A DNA stretch of 64,000 bases from a virus. Within the stretch, counting starts at the first letter, position 1. Every line of letters begins with the position of its first letter. Positions 18,741 through 28,634 of the stretch are shown here, in pieces. Where the stretch lies: the IMG/VR virus record IMGVR_UViG_3300021426_000094, positions 1 through 64,000 of that record; one strand, 5' to 3'. A program made the position numbers and the translations under genes. The notes below the pieces were generated by a model. The model was not told the DNA's origin. It saw nothing but the letters and a program-made list of their open reading frames with translations, and ran no database searches.

Positions 18741-21383
18741 TTAATTACAGCCTTTAAAACATTCTAAAAATTGTTCTGGAGATATTGTGTATAATACTTT
18801 AAGCAATAATGCACGATTATTATTCATCTTACTTGCAACCAATGCTCTGTTCCTTTTTAAATAAGGTGTGATACAAAAAGCACGATCAATTAAAAAAGAC
18901 ATTAATCCTTGATATTTCTTTGTTAAACTAATTTCTTTAATGTCATTAATTAATTCATCAAAATCATTTCTTAATAATAAAATATCTTCATCAGAATCAT
19001 CTACTATATTTTGTTGATATTGTCCCAATTTAAAACTATACTTTTCTATCAGCTTTTCTATTTTCTTACTGCGCCTCACTGGTAAGTCCCTATCATGCCT
19101 AATAAAAAAATAATCCATAGGAATCTCTCTTTCATATGTCATAGCGGGATTAATATCAGCGTTATACAAATAATTCATAGGACAATTCAACGATGGATTA
19201 TAACGTCCTTCTTTAATTTTAGCCATACTCATTCCAAGACGTTTATTATTATATTTTTGAATAGGTTTAAGAAACATGGGATATCCATTTTGTTTAATAT
19301 TCAAATCTCTGCGTATCCTGTCCGTTTCCTCATTTAAATCAATATCATAAGCACGTTTGCTAGAATCTATGTATATCTGAGCAAGTACAGCCAGAATACA
19401 AACATAATCTTTATATTTTTGATCTGGAAATGAATAAGAATAGGAGAGGGCTATTTGTGCCAAGTTACTAGACAATCCAATACCCATCTGACTTGACATT
19501 AATTTATTATCTATATATGATAAATCTAGTGCTGTATTTTTGTAGCGGGTAGTATCTTTTGGAATATTATTCTTCACAGTTGGAAAAGCCGTTTGACAAT
19601 GTTTAGCATGGCCTACAATCGATAAACGATTTAACGTTAAAATTGTATCAGAATCCTGATCGCTTCCATTATTGGCATCTTGAAAATCATTTTGTCTCAT
19701 ATTAATAGCAATACAATTCTCGCCCAAATAAAAATACTTTTTCATCCTCCAATCTAAATGATTATGTAAATATCCCAATGAATTTTGCGAATTAAATGGG
19801 CTACGAAATTCTGCTAAGTATTCTCCATCTTTAAATCTTTCACTATAACACTGGATAGCCAATTCTTCTTGTTCAAAGGTTGGATCACTTTCTGGGTCTT
19901 CTCCAACAGCAAATAACAACTCAGCATAAGGAGACCCAACAATAACCATATTATCTCCCTCATTAATAATTCGCCCTGTTTTCGCCATTTTAGCATATGT
20001 ATTAATAATTAATTTCCTACGATCTCGGAAATAACTAGAATTAATAAAATCTGGATTGTGTTTAACCAAAGCGATCAATACTTCATAATCATTGGAAAAA
20101 TTTTGTCCCTTTTTTAAATAGTCAAGAAACGCCTCGTTGTTTGTTTTTAATTCCTTAATATATTCTTTTGTACATTGGATTACATCTTCCATAATATCTT
20201 CAGACATGCAATTTACATGCTGATAACTCATTTTCTGAACATCACCCAACTTAGATTTCTTCGCCGTCTTAACAATTCCAAAATAACTATCATTATCTTC
20301 AATAACTCGTTGACACCAATAATCATAATTAATTCTATCATTTATAAATTTGCACCATTTCATTGCAGATTCATGGCAAATAATTTTTACGTCTTTAACC
20401 AAATGCTCATGACCAAATATATCTGTCAGCTTCCATGTCTCATAATCAATATCATGATCAGCAGCATAATCTCTAAAAAAACCCTGAATATCTGTGTCAA
20501 AACACGCCATTTTACAAAAGTGATTTCTTAAAAGAACAAATCCATTCGTTTTAGGAAACTGCGCATGAACAAAGTTATGATCAATTAAACCTTGCCCGTC
20601 AAACATTGAATTACCAATTTTAGCATTTTCACGTTTTACTGCATGAACATGTCCATCATCACCCTTTTCAATGCTTATAATATCTTTAAAACAAAAAGAA
20701 TCATAATCATCAAGTACTAATATATCATAGGGATTAACCTTAATCTTCCCAATAATAGTACTAGTTGCCAAAGAAGAATATGCTTCAGCTTCAACCAGAA
20801 GAGGATTTTCATATTCATCTAAATCAATCCCCATATATAAATATTCTTTAGCTATGTCATACAATTCTTCTCTAATAAAATCAACAGTTCCCTTTTTAGC
20901 CTTGCCCGGTGTCCTGAACAACCTCTTATAATGTATTGTCTGTGGTTCCTGATTTTTACGAGCGGCAGGATAAGTCACATCAACACCCTCGGTATAAACC
21001 TTATCCCTTGCTTCAGCCCGATTATATCTAACATACTTGTCCTGATTTTCTTCAGCTCTCACTAATAACTCATTAAAATATTGTATCTTTTGTGTTTTTT
21101 CTTCTTCAGTTAACTTATCATTCTTCTCTGTATCTTTAATGCATTTCTTTAAATGCGCCTTTTCTTGTTCATAGCTACGTGTGCCATATTTAAAATCAAG
21201 AACAATTACGTCTCTGGTTGATGTATCTTTATATATATCAAGCCCATGTTTCTTCATGTAATCAAGAAAAAGACTATTACACAACATGGCGTCCGTCATA
21301 TCAATATGATCACGGACACCAGCATTTTTCTCTAAAAGGCTTCCGACAACGATGTTTTTAATTTTTATTCCGTATTCACCCAT
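18741..21383 (-). CDS. Large (880 aa) enzyme-like hypothetical protein of unknown family
   Basis: Long ORF with D/H-rich motifs (VLDDYD, GDDGHVHAV, DHNFVH, GHEHLVKD, CFDTDIQ). No Walker A motif and no canonical polymerase B or A motifs were recognised. Confidence 0.5.
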   Translation of the reverse strand: MGEYGIKIKNIVVGSLLEKNAGVRDHIDMTDAMLCNSLFLDYMKKHGLDIYKDTSTRDVIVLDFKYGTRSYEQEKAHLKKCIKDTEKNDKLTEEEKTQKIQYFNELLVRAEENQDKYVRYNRAEARDKVYTEGVDVTYPAARKNQEPQTIHYKRLFRTPGKAKKGTVDFIREELYDIAKEYLYMGIDLDEYENPLLVEAEAYSSLATSTIIGKIKVNPYDILVLDDYDSFCFKDIISIEKGDDGHVHAVKRENAKIGNSMFDGQGLIDHNFVHAQFPKTNGFVLLRNHFCKMACFDTDIQGFFRDYAADHDIDYETWKLTDIFGHEHLVKDVKIICHESAMKWCKFINDRINYDYWCQRVIEDNDSYFGIVKTAKKSKLGDVQKMSYQHVNCMSEDIMEDVIQCTKEYIKELKTNNEAFLDYLKKGQNFSNDYEVLIALVKHNPDFINSSYFRDRRKLIINTYAKMAKTGRIINEGDNMVIVGSPYAELLFAVGEDPESDPTFEQEELAIQCYSERFKDGEYLAEFRSPFNSQNSLGYLHNHLDWRMKKYFYLGENCIAINMRQNDFQDANNGSDQDSDTILTLNRLSIVGHAKHCQTAFPTVKNNIPKDTTRYKNTALDLSYIDNKLMSSQMGIGLSSNLAQIALSYSYSFPDQKYKDYVCILAVLAQIYIDSSKRAYDIDLNEETDRIRRDLNIKQNGYPMFLKPIQKYNNKRLGMSMAKIKEGRYNPSLNCPMNYLYNADINPAMTYEREIPMDYFFIRHDRDLPVRRSKKIEKLIEKYSFKLGQYQQNIVDDSDEDILLLRNDFDELINDIKEISLTKKYQGLMSFLIDRAFCITPYLKRNRALVASKMNNNRALLLKVLYTISPEQFLECFKGCN

Positions 21384-21403
21384 GCATCTTTGGCCTCCTT
21401 TGT

Positions 21404-22621
21404 TTATAGCAATTTAAGCTTATTAATTTGAGTTTGTAGACCAAGCACAAACAACTGAAGTTCGTTTTCAGTCACGTCCCTATCCATACTAATACGAATA
21501 GTGCTATTAATCTCTTTTTCTGTTAACCCAATTTCCTGCAATACCTTACTAGGTTCTTTAACCCCCGCATGACAAGCACTACCAGCAGACACTTGGCAAC
21601 CTTCAAAAATATCTAGATTAGTTATCAGCTGTTCATTATCAATACCATTAAAAGTAACATTGACAATATTCGCCAATCCATTATAAGGGCTATTAATCTT
21701 TACATCATATCTTGTCATTAGGAAATCCAACAAAAGACTTCTACACCTTTTCAAATTCCTATTGTCTTCATCAATAGTTTTATATGCTCGATCCATAGCC
21801 CGACCCATCATAATAATAGAGGGCGCATCTTCAGTGCCTGACCGCATTCCTTTTTCCTGACCACCACCATGCAGAAGAGGATTAATTTCAATACCATTTC
21901 GCACATACAAGAAACCGACCCCATGAGGCGCACCAAACTTATGACCAGACACCGACATCATATCAATACCCATATCTTGTACATCAATCTTCACATGCGT
22001 AAAAGCTTGAACTGCATCTACATGCAACACTCCATCATACTTGTGTACAATTTTACTAATTGCCTTAATATCATTAATTGATCCAAGTTCATTATTTGCC
22101 ATCATAATTGACACAAGAATTGGATATTGTTTGACATTTGGCGTATAACGAATACGTTCTTCCAAAGATTCTAAATCAACCGTACCGCTATCATAACATT
22201 TCACTATATTCACACTATTGGCAATCCCCATTTCATAAAGCCATACAGCGGGATTAATAACAGAAGGATGCTCAAGACTTGAAACAAAAATTGATGGTGT
22301 TAAACGATAATAATCAAACATCTTAGAAGATCCACGAGGAGCATTCCAATGATGATACTTCTCACAACACCACCCCTTAATCGCTAGATTATTGGCTTCT
22401 GTACCTCCAGATGTAAAGATAATCTTATCACTTTCTTGACCATTAATACACTTTAAAATATCCTGTCGTACATCCTCAATAGCCTGTCGTGTCTTCATCG
22501 ATCCCTGAGAGATAGAAGAGGGATTCCACCAATATTCCCTACATAAGTAACCATACTCCTGTATTATTTCTTCATCAGGCTGCATCGTAGCAGCATTATC
22601 AAAATAAAGTGACGCTGACAT
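21404..22621 (-). CDS. Cysteine desulfurase (NifS/IscS-like, class-V PLP enzyme)
   Basis: SVSGHKFGAPHGVGFLYV resembles IscS SGHK (PLP-binding Lys). VSAGSACHAG resembles the IscS SSGSAC catalytic Cys loop. Confidence 0.8.
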   Translation of the reverse strand: MSASLYFDNAATMQPDEEIIQEYGYLCREYWWNPSSISQGSMKTRQAIEDVRQDILKCINGQESDKIIFTSGGTEANNLAIKGWCCEKYHHWNAPRGSSKMFDYYRLTPSIFVSSLEHPSVINPAVWLYEMGIANSVNIVKCYDSGTVDLESLEERIRYTPNVKQYPILVSIMMANNELGSINDIKAISKIVHKYDGVLHVDAVQAFTHVKIDVQDMGIDMMSVSGHKFGAPHGVGFLYVRNGIEINPLLHGGGQEKGMRSGTEDAPSIIMMGRAMDRAYKTIDEDNRNLKRCRSLLLDFLMTRYDVKINSPYNGLANIVNVTFNGIDNEQLITNLDIFEGCQVSAGSACHAGVKEPSKVLQEIGLTEKEINSTIRISMDRDVTENELQLFVLGLQTQINKLKLL

Positions 22622-23225
22622 TCAATCACCATGCCTTTCTGCATATCGCTTCCGAATCTTCTGAACTGTTGGTGTCAAATCTACAACAAATTCTTCCCAA
22701 TTATCCTTATTAGGAGACCACCGCCTATACCTACGTGTAAGTGGAAGAGTATGAGGAAACTGTTCTTTGCTAATCTGCTCCCAATATGCATCAGGGTCTT
22801 TATAATTCATCTTTTTAATGCATTCTTTACATACTGGCATAATCCAACCGTCAGTGCTGGGCACATCAAGTTCACCACATACTTCACAGATATAACCACT
22901 TATGGCAGCATAATTCTCAATAATCTCATGGACTCTGCACCTATCAGGACATCCGTTATCATACCAGCGCATTTCACCGAATTTGCTTTTTATCTGTGCA
23001 ATACTATATTCATCTGCGTAATCAAACTTCTCTAACTCTTCTTGAATTTCCTCACAAAGCAATTCCCCGAACGCTTTACGCCAACCTTCAGATAATGCAT
23101 CCAATTCAGTCCATGTGTAGTCATAATCCTTAACCTTTTCTCCACTCCATTGATAATGCGGATAAAGCCAAGGATACTTTTTAATCAATGCTTTATTGTA
23201 CTCAACATTATCCATTTCTTTTTCT
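22622..23225 (-). CDS. Cys-rich hypothetical protein
   Basis: The start was reset to MDNVEY (GGGAGA RBS). Multiple CxxC pairs are present (NGCPDRC, ICEVCGE, PVCKEC). Confidence 0.4.
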
Positions 23226-23399
23226 CCCATACAACCCAAGCACCCACGCCCTAAACATTCCTTCTTTAACATTGTTGCACCAACCAATTCTATGATCATA
23301 ATAATACAGCCCGACCTGTTCACCCTTACGTCTTACCTCGTAATCTCCAGACTGCACACAAAAATCATAGCCATCCAGTTTCGTTTCAAACCAAGTCAT
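23208..23399 (-). CDS. Small hypothetical protein
   Basis: 63 aa. The start overlaps the upstream stop (ATGA). Confidence 0.3.
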   Translation of the reverse strand: MTWFETKLDGYDFCVQSGDYEVRRKGEQVGLYYYDHRIGWCNNVKEGMFRAWVLGLYGRKRNG

Positions 23400-23743
23400 T
23401 CCTCAACCTCCACAGTGTATAATGGTTTTTTAAAATCATGTACAGACGTAAAATGCATATCTATATCTAAATATCGATTTGCTACAATTCTATATATCTT
23501 GTCTCCATGATGATTATAAGCACAATAATCATCTTGATTAACTTCTATCTGTATATCAGGCTCAGCAATAACTTTAGAAGTAAATACCATACCATTTATT
23601 TTTAGTTTCAAATAAAACGGCTTATTTTCACTAACATCAATGGCGCTCATATCAAAATACGAAGTTCCACAATATGGACAAGTGTTTAATTCTGTTTTGT
23701 ATGGTGCCCCGCAATTAGGACAATTCCTCTGATTCATTAACAA
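23396..23743 (-). CDS. Zn-ribbon protein
   Basis: An N-terminal CPNCG...CPYCG motif is present. Length is 115 aa. Confidence 0.4.
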   Translation of the reverse strand: MLMNQRNCPNCGAPYKTELNTCPYCGTSYFDMSAIDVSENKPFYLKLKINGMVFTSKVIAEPDIQIEVNQDDYCAYNHHGDKIYRIVANRYLDIDMHFTSVHDFKKPLYTVEVEE

Positions 23744-24635
23744 CTTCCTCTCTTACAATTTGAAACATATCATCAATGCTCTTATTACCAATAGAATAAT
23801 GAATTTCAGAAAGACTACTTCTTGCGAATGTTCCGCTTACCAAATCAATGTAAAAAGTAACAGTCCCATCTTCACCTGCATAATACAGTTCCCACTCTTC
23901 ATCTGTAAGCTTATCTCTCATATGAAGCTGTTCAAGCGCCAAATTATCAAAGGACACGATTTCAAATTTGTCAGCAAGCTCTACAATCCCAGACTCAAGC
24001 CATGCAATATTATCCAGAATCATTTGGTTATTATCCTTATAATAAGGAAGACCACGACCCTTCTGCTTATATCCCAGAATAAGAATCTTCAAATCATGAT
24101 CACCCAGAGCATTAATATCCTCAGGATTAATAACCCCAGCAATTACATGGATGATAGCATTTGGAAATTCTTTAATGGCTTCAATGAATCCTTCCTGTGT
24201 AGGATCAACCAATGAAATACCAATCCCTTTAATCAGTCCCATCTTCATAAGAAAACGCACAAACTGCCGACCGTAATCGCTCATAAAATGCTTCTGATTA
24301 ATGGTGGCATTCACAAATACATTCTGTGCTTTCATAGTATACAGGAATTCCATCAAATCAGGTGGAGTAGGAAACTGAAGATTGATAGCAATCTCCGTAT
24401 AAGGATGCATGGTATGCAAGAATCTCCAACTGGTCAAATCACCATGCTTACCAGTAGGAGAGCAACCTGCATAACAAAACTCACACCCATTATCACAGCA
24501 CTGTGAGATTTGAATATCACAGGATTCACTGTACTGAAAGCGGAAATCATCATCTTCTGTTACATGAATCTTTGTTCCATCATCGTAAATGGTAGTAATT
24601 GTATTACCATTCTGATATTGTGCTAACTCTTTCAT
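23715..24635 (-). CDS. Radical SAM enzyme
   Basis: C-DNG-C-EF-C-Y is the CxxxCxxC motif followed by an aromatic residue, about 45 aa from the N-terminus. Length is 306 aa. Confidence 0.7.
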   Translation of the reverse strand: MKELAQYQNGNTITTIYDDGTKIHVTEDDDFRFQYSESCDIQISQCCDNGCEFCYAGCSPTGKHGDLTSWRFLHTMHPYTEIAINLQFPTPPDLMEFLYTMKAQNVFVNATINQKHFMSDYGRQFVRFLMKMGLIKGIGISLVDPTQEGFIEAIKEFPNAIIHVIAGVINPEDINALGDHDLKILILGYKQKGRGLPYYKDNNQMILDNIAWLESGIVELADKFEIVSFDNLALEQLHMRDKLTDEEWELYYAGEDGTVTFYIDLVSGTFARSSLSEIHYSIGNKSIDDMFQIVREEVVNESEELS

Positions 24636-25669
24636 TTTTTATACTCCTTAACCACTGCCCAGTTTGCCTCGGCAAGAAACTTATTAATCCTATCATAATC
24701 AGGATTTGCGGGAAGACTTGTATGTTCTTTCCAATATTGTAACTTATTTTCTAAATCATCTACAATATCATAGAATTCTGCGACCGGATGATCTTCATCA
24801 TCAAGATACTTACCATTCCTAATATCCATAAGAAAGTCATGCTCTTTCTCACGATAAGTAATAATCTCGCCTTTTTCAAGAATATCAAAACACATCAGAT
24901 AAAGCCGAACCAGATGCATCATGTGCTTACCTAGCTTACCACGTTCAATTGCTTTACGATTCCTAGCCCCGATTTTTGCATACTCTTTGACAATTGCAAG
25001 CATCTCTGACCACATTGATTTATAATCTCGAAGGGGATAATGCTTTAAATCAACATCCATAAAAATCTCTGTATCATAATCAGGATTTACTGCTTCATCA
25101 AGATATAGCTTAATTGCGTCTTCTGGATGTTCAAAAAACTTTGCGGGGAATGTATATTTAGCATTTTCAATGCTGCGCAAAATAAACTCCTCACGCTTAG
25201 ATTGCTCCATAGTTCTAGCAGCCCGATTCTCTAAACGTCTAAGCTGGCTTCCCGCATAACCTCCAAATGAATGGATGGCACACTTAGAAAGAAACATATC
25301 TCTATTATCAATGAGCGCCTGACCGATATCTGTTACATAGAAATACTGCCAAGGCTCAAGGCCAAGAATCTCAATTGTATTAGGATTACAATTAGAAAGA
25401 AGGTTCACAATCTTTTCAAGAGAATAAATAGTTGTATCAGTTTCCTCGTTAACCACCTGCTCAAATCCTTTACGGGTCAAAATGTCCTGAGCATTATGAG
25501 TAGCTATACCACGAATATCAATATCACTGTCTTCATTGTTAGTACCATAGGCATAACTACCACCAAGTCCTAAAAGAACAATATTTCCCACAAGAGGCTC
25601 TTTGCCAAGAAAACTATAACGTTCATCAAAAGCCAACATATTACCAATATCATCTCTGGTTTTAATCAT
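24632..25669 (-). CDS. Pol-beta superfamily nucleotidyltransferase with a ~200-aa helical C-terminal domain
   Basis: GLGGSYAYGTNNEDSDIDIRGI matches the GS-x9-13-DxD signature of KNTase/MNT-like nucleotidyltransferases. Length is 345 aa. Confidence 0.6.
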   Translation of the reverse strand: MIKTRDDIGNMLAFDERYSFLGKEPLVGNIVLLGLGGSYAYGTNNEDSDIDIRGIATHNAQDILTRKGFEQVVNEETDTTIYSLEKIVNLLSNCNPNTIEILGLEPWQYFYVTDIGQALIDNRDMFLSKCAIHSFGGYAGSQLRRLENRAARTMEQSKREEFILRSIENAKYTFPAKFFEHPEDAIKLYLDEAVNPDYDTEIFMDVDLKHYPLRDYKSMWSEMLAIVKEYAKIGARNRKAIERGKLGKHMMHLVRLYLMCFDILEKGEIITYREKEHDFLMDIRNGKYLDDEDHPVAEFYDIVDDLENKLQYWKEHTSLPANPDYDRINKFLAEANWAVVKEYKK

Positions 25670-26161
25670 TTAATCACACCCTGTCTCCAATCCAACGTAC
25701 TTATTAAAAATAAACTCAACACATGCTTCAGAGTCCCAAAGGTTCACTATACAATTATCATCCCACCAACCGCTACTCAGCTGTTGATGATCAAAATAAT
25801 CATAAGCCCCTTCCCATTTACACTCATCTACTTTAACGCCACGACACAAAACGCCATTGTGTTCTGTTACATACTTGCCGAATGCTTCATTAAAATTATT
25901 GAAAACATATCCCTCATCTCTGATTTTTGCTTTATCAAAATCATAATAAGCATACAACCATGTAACGATATACTTTAATTTAGTTTTTTGATTAAAGAAC
26001 TGTTCTTCATCCTTACCAAAATACTGATCCAAAGTAATATGCACATAGCCGTCTTCATGGATTTTCATATGGCATTTCTCTAATCCTTTTTTATTGAAAC
26101 AGAAACTATGCACACTACTACTATTTGTTTCCCACACACTTAACCTAATCTGCTTTCTCAT
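25670..26161 (-). CDS. Hypothetical protein, paralog A (WETNSSSVHS N-terminus)
   Basis: 163 aa. Shares the N-terminal motif with the next gene. Confidence 0.45.
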   Translation of the reverse strand: MRKQIRLSVWETNSSSVHSFCFNKKGLEKCHMKIHEDGYVHITLDQYFGKDEEQFFNQKTKLKYIVTWLYAYYDFDKAKIRDEGYVFNNFNEAFGKYVTEHNGVLCRGVKVDECKWEGAYDYFDHQQLSSGWWDDNCIVNLWDSEACVEFIFNKYVGLETGCD

Positions 26162-26922
26162 GATTTCACCTTCTTCTCATAAGACTTGCTAACAGAATAT
26201 AAGACCTGAATCGCATCCTTATCTACAAGGCCAGCGTCCATCATAGTGCCAAAGATACAAGTCTCATCACCATCTACTACGACCACGATATCCTTACGAA
26301 TTAAATACTCTTCAATAGTAATTCCATACTTCCTAAGAAACATCTGGAACAAGCCCATGGATTGATGATCGATACTACCAAATTTCGGCACTTCCAGATA
26401 AATCCCCATCTGCTTACGACCGGACTTACAAACTTCCTTATAACGCCCATACTCTTTGGTCTCATCGTAAACCAAATCCTCATAGGGCACTTCTTCATAA
26501 GTCTCGTAATCCTGCTCAACATCATCTGTTACAGTATCACTGTAAACTCTAAAGAACTCAGACTCCATCGGCATTTCAACTTCATCCACACCAACTAACT
26601 TTTTCAACATCGGCTCAAAGGTGTACATAAACTCATTGCCAGCCTTAATATAATTCTTTAAGTTATAGCAGTTTCCAAGCATGGCAGCCATTGCGTAAGA
26701 CAACTTGTCCCTAAATGACGTGAGTACCCTGAATTCTCTACCAAAATCATTGTCCCAAGAATCCAAGCGCAGAATATTTCCACGCTCCTTGTACCAATCT
26801 TCAAGATAGAATTCATCCCTGATCTCTGCCTGAGTCATTGTCTGACGCTTTTTCATAATGAGAAGTGAATGCATGCTGCTACTATTTGTCTCCCAAGCGC
26901 CATTTCTTACCTGAATCTTCAT
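26158..26922 (-). CDS. Hypothetical protein, paralog B (WETNSSSMHS N-terminus)
   Basis: 254 aa. Its stop/start overlaps with paralog A. Confidence 0.45.
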   Translation of the reverse strand: MKIQVRNGAWETNSSSMHSLLIMKKRQTMTQAEIRDEFYLEDWYKERGNILRLDSWDNDFGREFRVLTSFRDKLSYAMAAMLGNCYNLKNYIKAGNEFMYTFEPMLKKLVGVDEVEMPMESEFFRVYSDTVTDDVEQDYETYEEVPYEDLVYDETKEYGRYKEVCKSGRKQMGIYLEVPKFGSIDHQSMGLFQMFLRKYGITIEEYLIRKDIVVVVDGDETCIFGTMMDAGLVDKDAIQVLYSVSKSYEKKVKS

Positions 26923-27104
26923 AACATATGTCTCCTTTTAATCAACCATTCATATTTCATCCATCTAACTACAATTACATCACGACAGAGATAAAAGCGT
27001 GGTCGGATAGACCACAATATCCTGTCAAGTTCTTTGTACAATCTGTTCATACAATCACCTCACATTTAATTATATTCTATCAAACCACGCTTATTTGTCA
27101 AGCT

Positions 27105-27491
27105 TTAATTATCACTTGCGTCAATCTTTTTATTACGTTTCTTAGTCTTCATCTCTTCCTTACGTGCCTCAGCGTATTCACGGTCAAGATCACGCTGAAG
27201 ACGTCCAAACACCTTTGCGTAATGCCGATACTCGTTAGGGTCTCTGTGTTCCTTTTCAGCACGCTTTGCGCGCTCAGTCAGCCACGCCCTAGAATCTTTT
27301 TCATATGGATTCTTCTGATAAGTATATGTCTTACCCTCTTCACGGCGCTTTGCAAAATATGCAAGTTGCTTTTCGTGGCGTTCCTGCTTCTTTACCTTGT
27401 TAACTTCACGCTGTCCACTTGCTTTATAATTCTTGCACCATTCTTTATGCTTACCATGTTTATCCTTAGCCATTTGATCTAACCTCCTCAA
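27105..27491 (-). CDS. Highly basic K/R/E-rich protein (nucleic-acid binding candidate)
   Basis: 128 aa, about 40% K/R/E. Confidence 0.45.
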   Translation of the reverse strand: MRRLDQMAKDKHGKHKEWCKNYKASGQREVNKVKKQERHEKQLAYFAKRREEGKTYTYQKNPYEKDSRAWLTERAKRAEKEHRDPNEYRHYAKVFGRLQRDLDREYAEARKEEMKTKKRNKKIDASDN

Positions 27492-27544
27492 TTACTGGTG
27501 TCACTTCGGGCGCATAATTATAACTCTTGCGCTCAAATTTCATA

Positions 27545-28507
27545 TTAATCACCTTCCTCTGTTGTAAGATTACGTGTGTCTACAATAGGAGTGGAGCTAC
27601 CCTGAATCTGAGGAACAGTACCATTCCACTTTTCAATTTTCTCTTTCTCAATAAGTTCTGGAGTCAACGAACCAGCAACTTTCTTGTTGGCCTCTGCCTC
27701 AGCTTCAGCAGCGATTCTCTTAGCTTCTGCATCACCCTCAGCTTTAATCTTTGCCTTTTCTGCATTAATCTTAGCTGTCTCTTTATCTTTCTCAGCATTA
27801 ATAAGCGCAACTTCCTTTTCCTTTTCAGCATCTACAGAAGCTGTCTGCTTATTAATCTTGGCGACTTCCAAATCCTGCTGAGCCTGAATCTTCTTCTGAA
27901 TTGCCTTATCTGTTTCCTCGTCTACATTGACATCAATCAGTGACGCACTCTCGATGATAATCCCATAAGGCTCAAATTTCTCTTTCAGATATTCAGTAAG
28001 AGCAATATTAACCGCACCACGCTGTTCACCGATGATCTCTGTCATATAATATCTGGGCGTGACTTCCTTAGTCCAAGACATTACATTTGGTCTAATAAAT
28101 GTACGGAGTACTTCCTTACCAGAACGACCCTTGAACCTTGTAAAGATTTCAGCGACCCGTTCAGGATCATACCTGTAAGTAAATGTCTCATCAACCCTCA
28201 GACCTTTACCATCCTTCGAAGGAGCCTCAAAGCTATCATCGCCCTCAGAATCCCCATCGTCTCCAGCAGTAAGATAAGACTGCTCAATACCAATAGAATA
28301 CAGTGTAATCTGTTTAGTAGGTGAAACAACATGCCATCCCTGAGACAAAACCTCGTCATCAATACCACCATTCATCTTATACACGACACCTACATAGCCC
28401 GCAGGAATCCTCTCTGTACATTTGAAACAACAAATAACCACAAGGGCAATTACAATAGCCGAAAAAACGCCACCAACAATACCTTTCATCTCTTTACTCC
28501 TTTTCAT
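27545..28507 (-). CDS. SPFH/band-7 (prohibitin/HflK/C-like) membrane protein
   Basis: An N-terminal TM helix is followed by a PHB-like core and a coiled coil with KINAEK repeats. Confidence 0.7.
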   Translation of the reverse strand: MKRSKEMKGIVGGVFSAIVIALVVICCFKCTERIPAGYVGVVYKMNGGIDDEVLSQGWHVVSPTKQITLYSIGIEQSYLTAGDDGDSEGDDSFEAPSKDGKGLRVDETFTYRYDPERVAEIFTRFKGRSGKEVLRTFIRPNVMSWTKEVTPRYYMTEIIGEQRGAVNIALTEYLKEKFEPYGIIIESASLIDVNVDEETDKAIQKKIQAQQDLEVAKINKQTASVDAEKEKEVALINAEKDKETAKINAEKAKIKAEGDAEAKRIAAEAEAEANKKVAGSLTPELIEKEKIEKWNGTVPQIQGSSTPIVDTRNLTTEEGD

Positions 28508-28634
28508 TCAAACTTCTCTTAATATCATTCCACATATCTAAAAGCACATCTCCAATGATTGGGAAGAAAATATTTAGCGCTCCCCAAAGAAAGATGGCAA
28601 ATAGAATCACTAAAAATATAAATACAGGATTCAT
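28494..28634 (-). CDS. Small hydrophobic membrane peptide (46 aa) translationally coupled to the SPFH gene
   Basis: Not in the ORF track because it is below 60 aa. Its ATG overlaps the upstream stop (ATGA). It ends inside the SPFH gene's RBS. Confidence 0.4.
   Translation of the reverse strand: MNPVFIFLVILFAIFLWGALNIFFPIIGDVLLDMWNDIKRSLNEKE

Noticed and set aside
18741-21383. Possible family-B DNA polymerase or primase-polymerase identity for the 880-aa protein
   Set aside because: Only weak resemblances were found (CFDTDIQ versus YGDTDS, KIGNS versus KxxxNSxYG). Motif spacing is wrong and exonuclease motifs are absent, so it is left as unknown.
24632-25669. Calling the nucleotidyltransferase a CBASS CD-NTase or an aminoglycoside/lincosamide resistance NTase
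   Set aside because: The GS...DxD core alone cannot distinguish these. No effector or HEPN partner is adjacent. It is kept as a generic Pol-beta NTase.
26928-27482. 184-aa plus-strand ORF
   Set aside because: It is antisense to the well-formed basic-protein gene 27105-27491. The hydrophobic translation is typical of the antisense strand of a K/E-rich gene.
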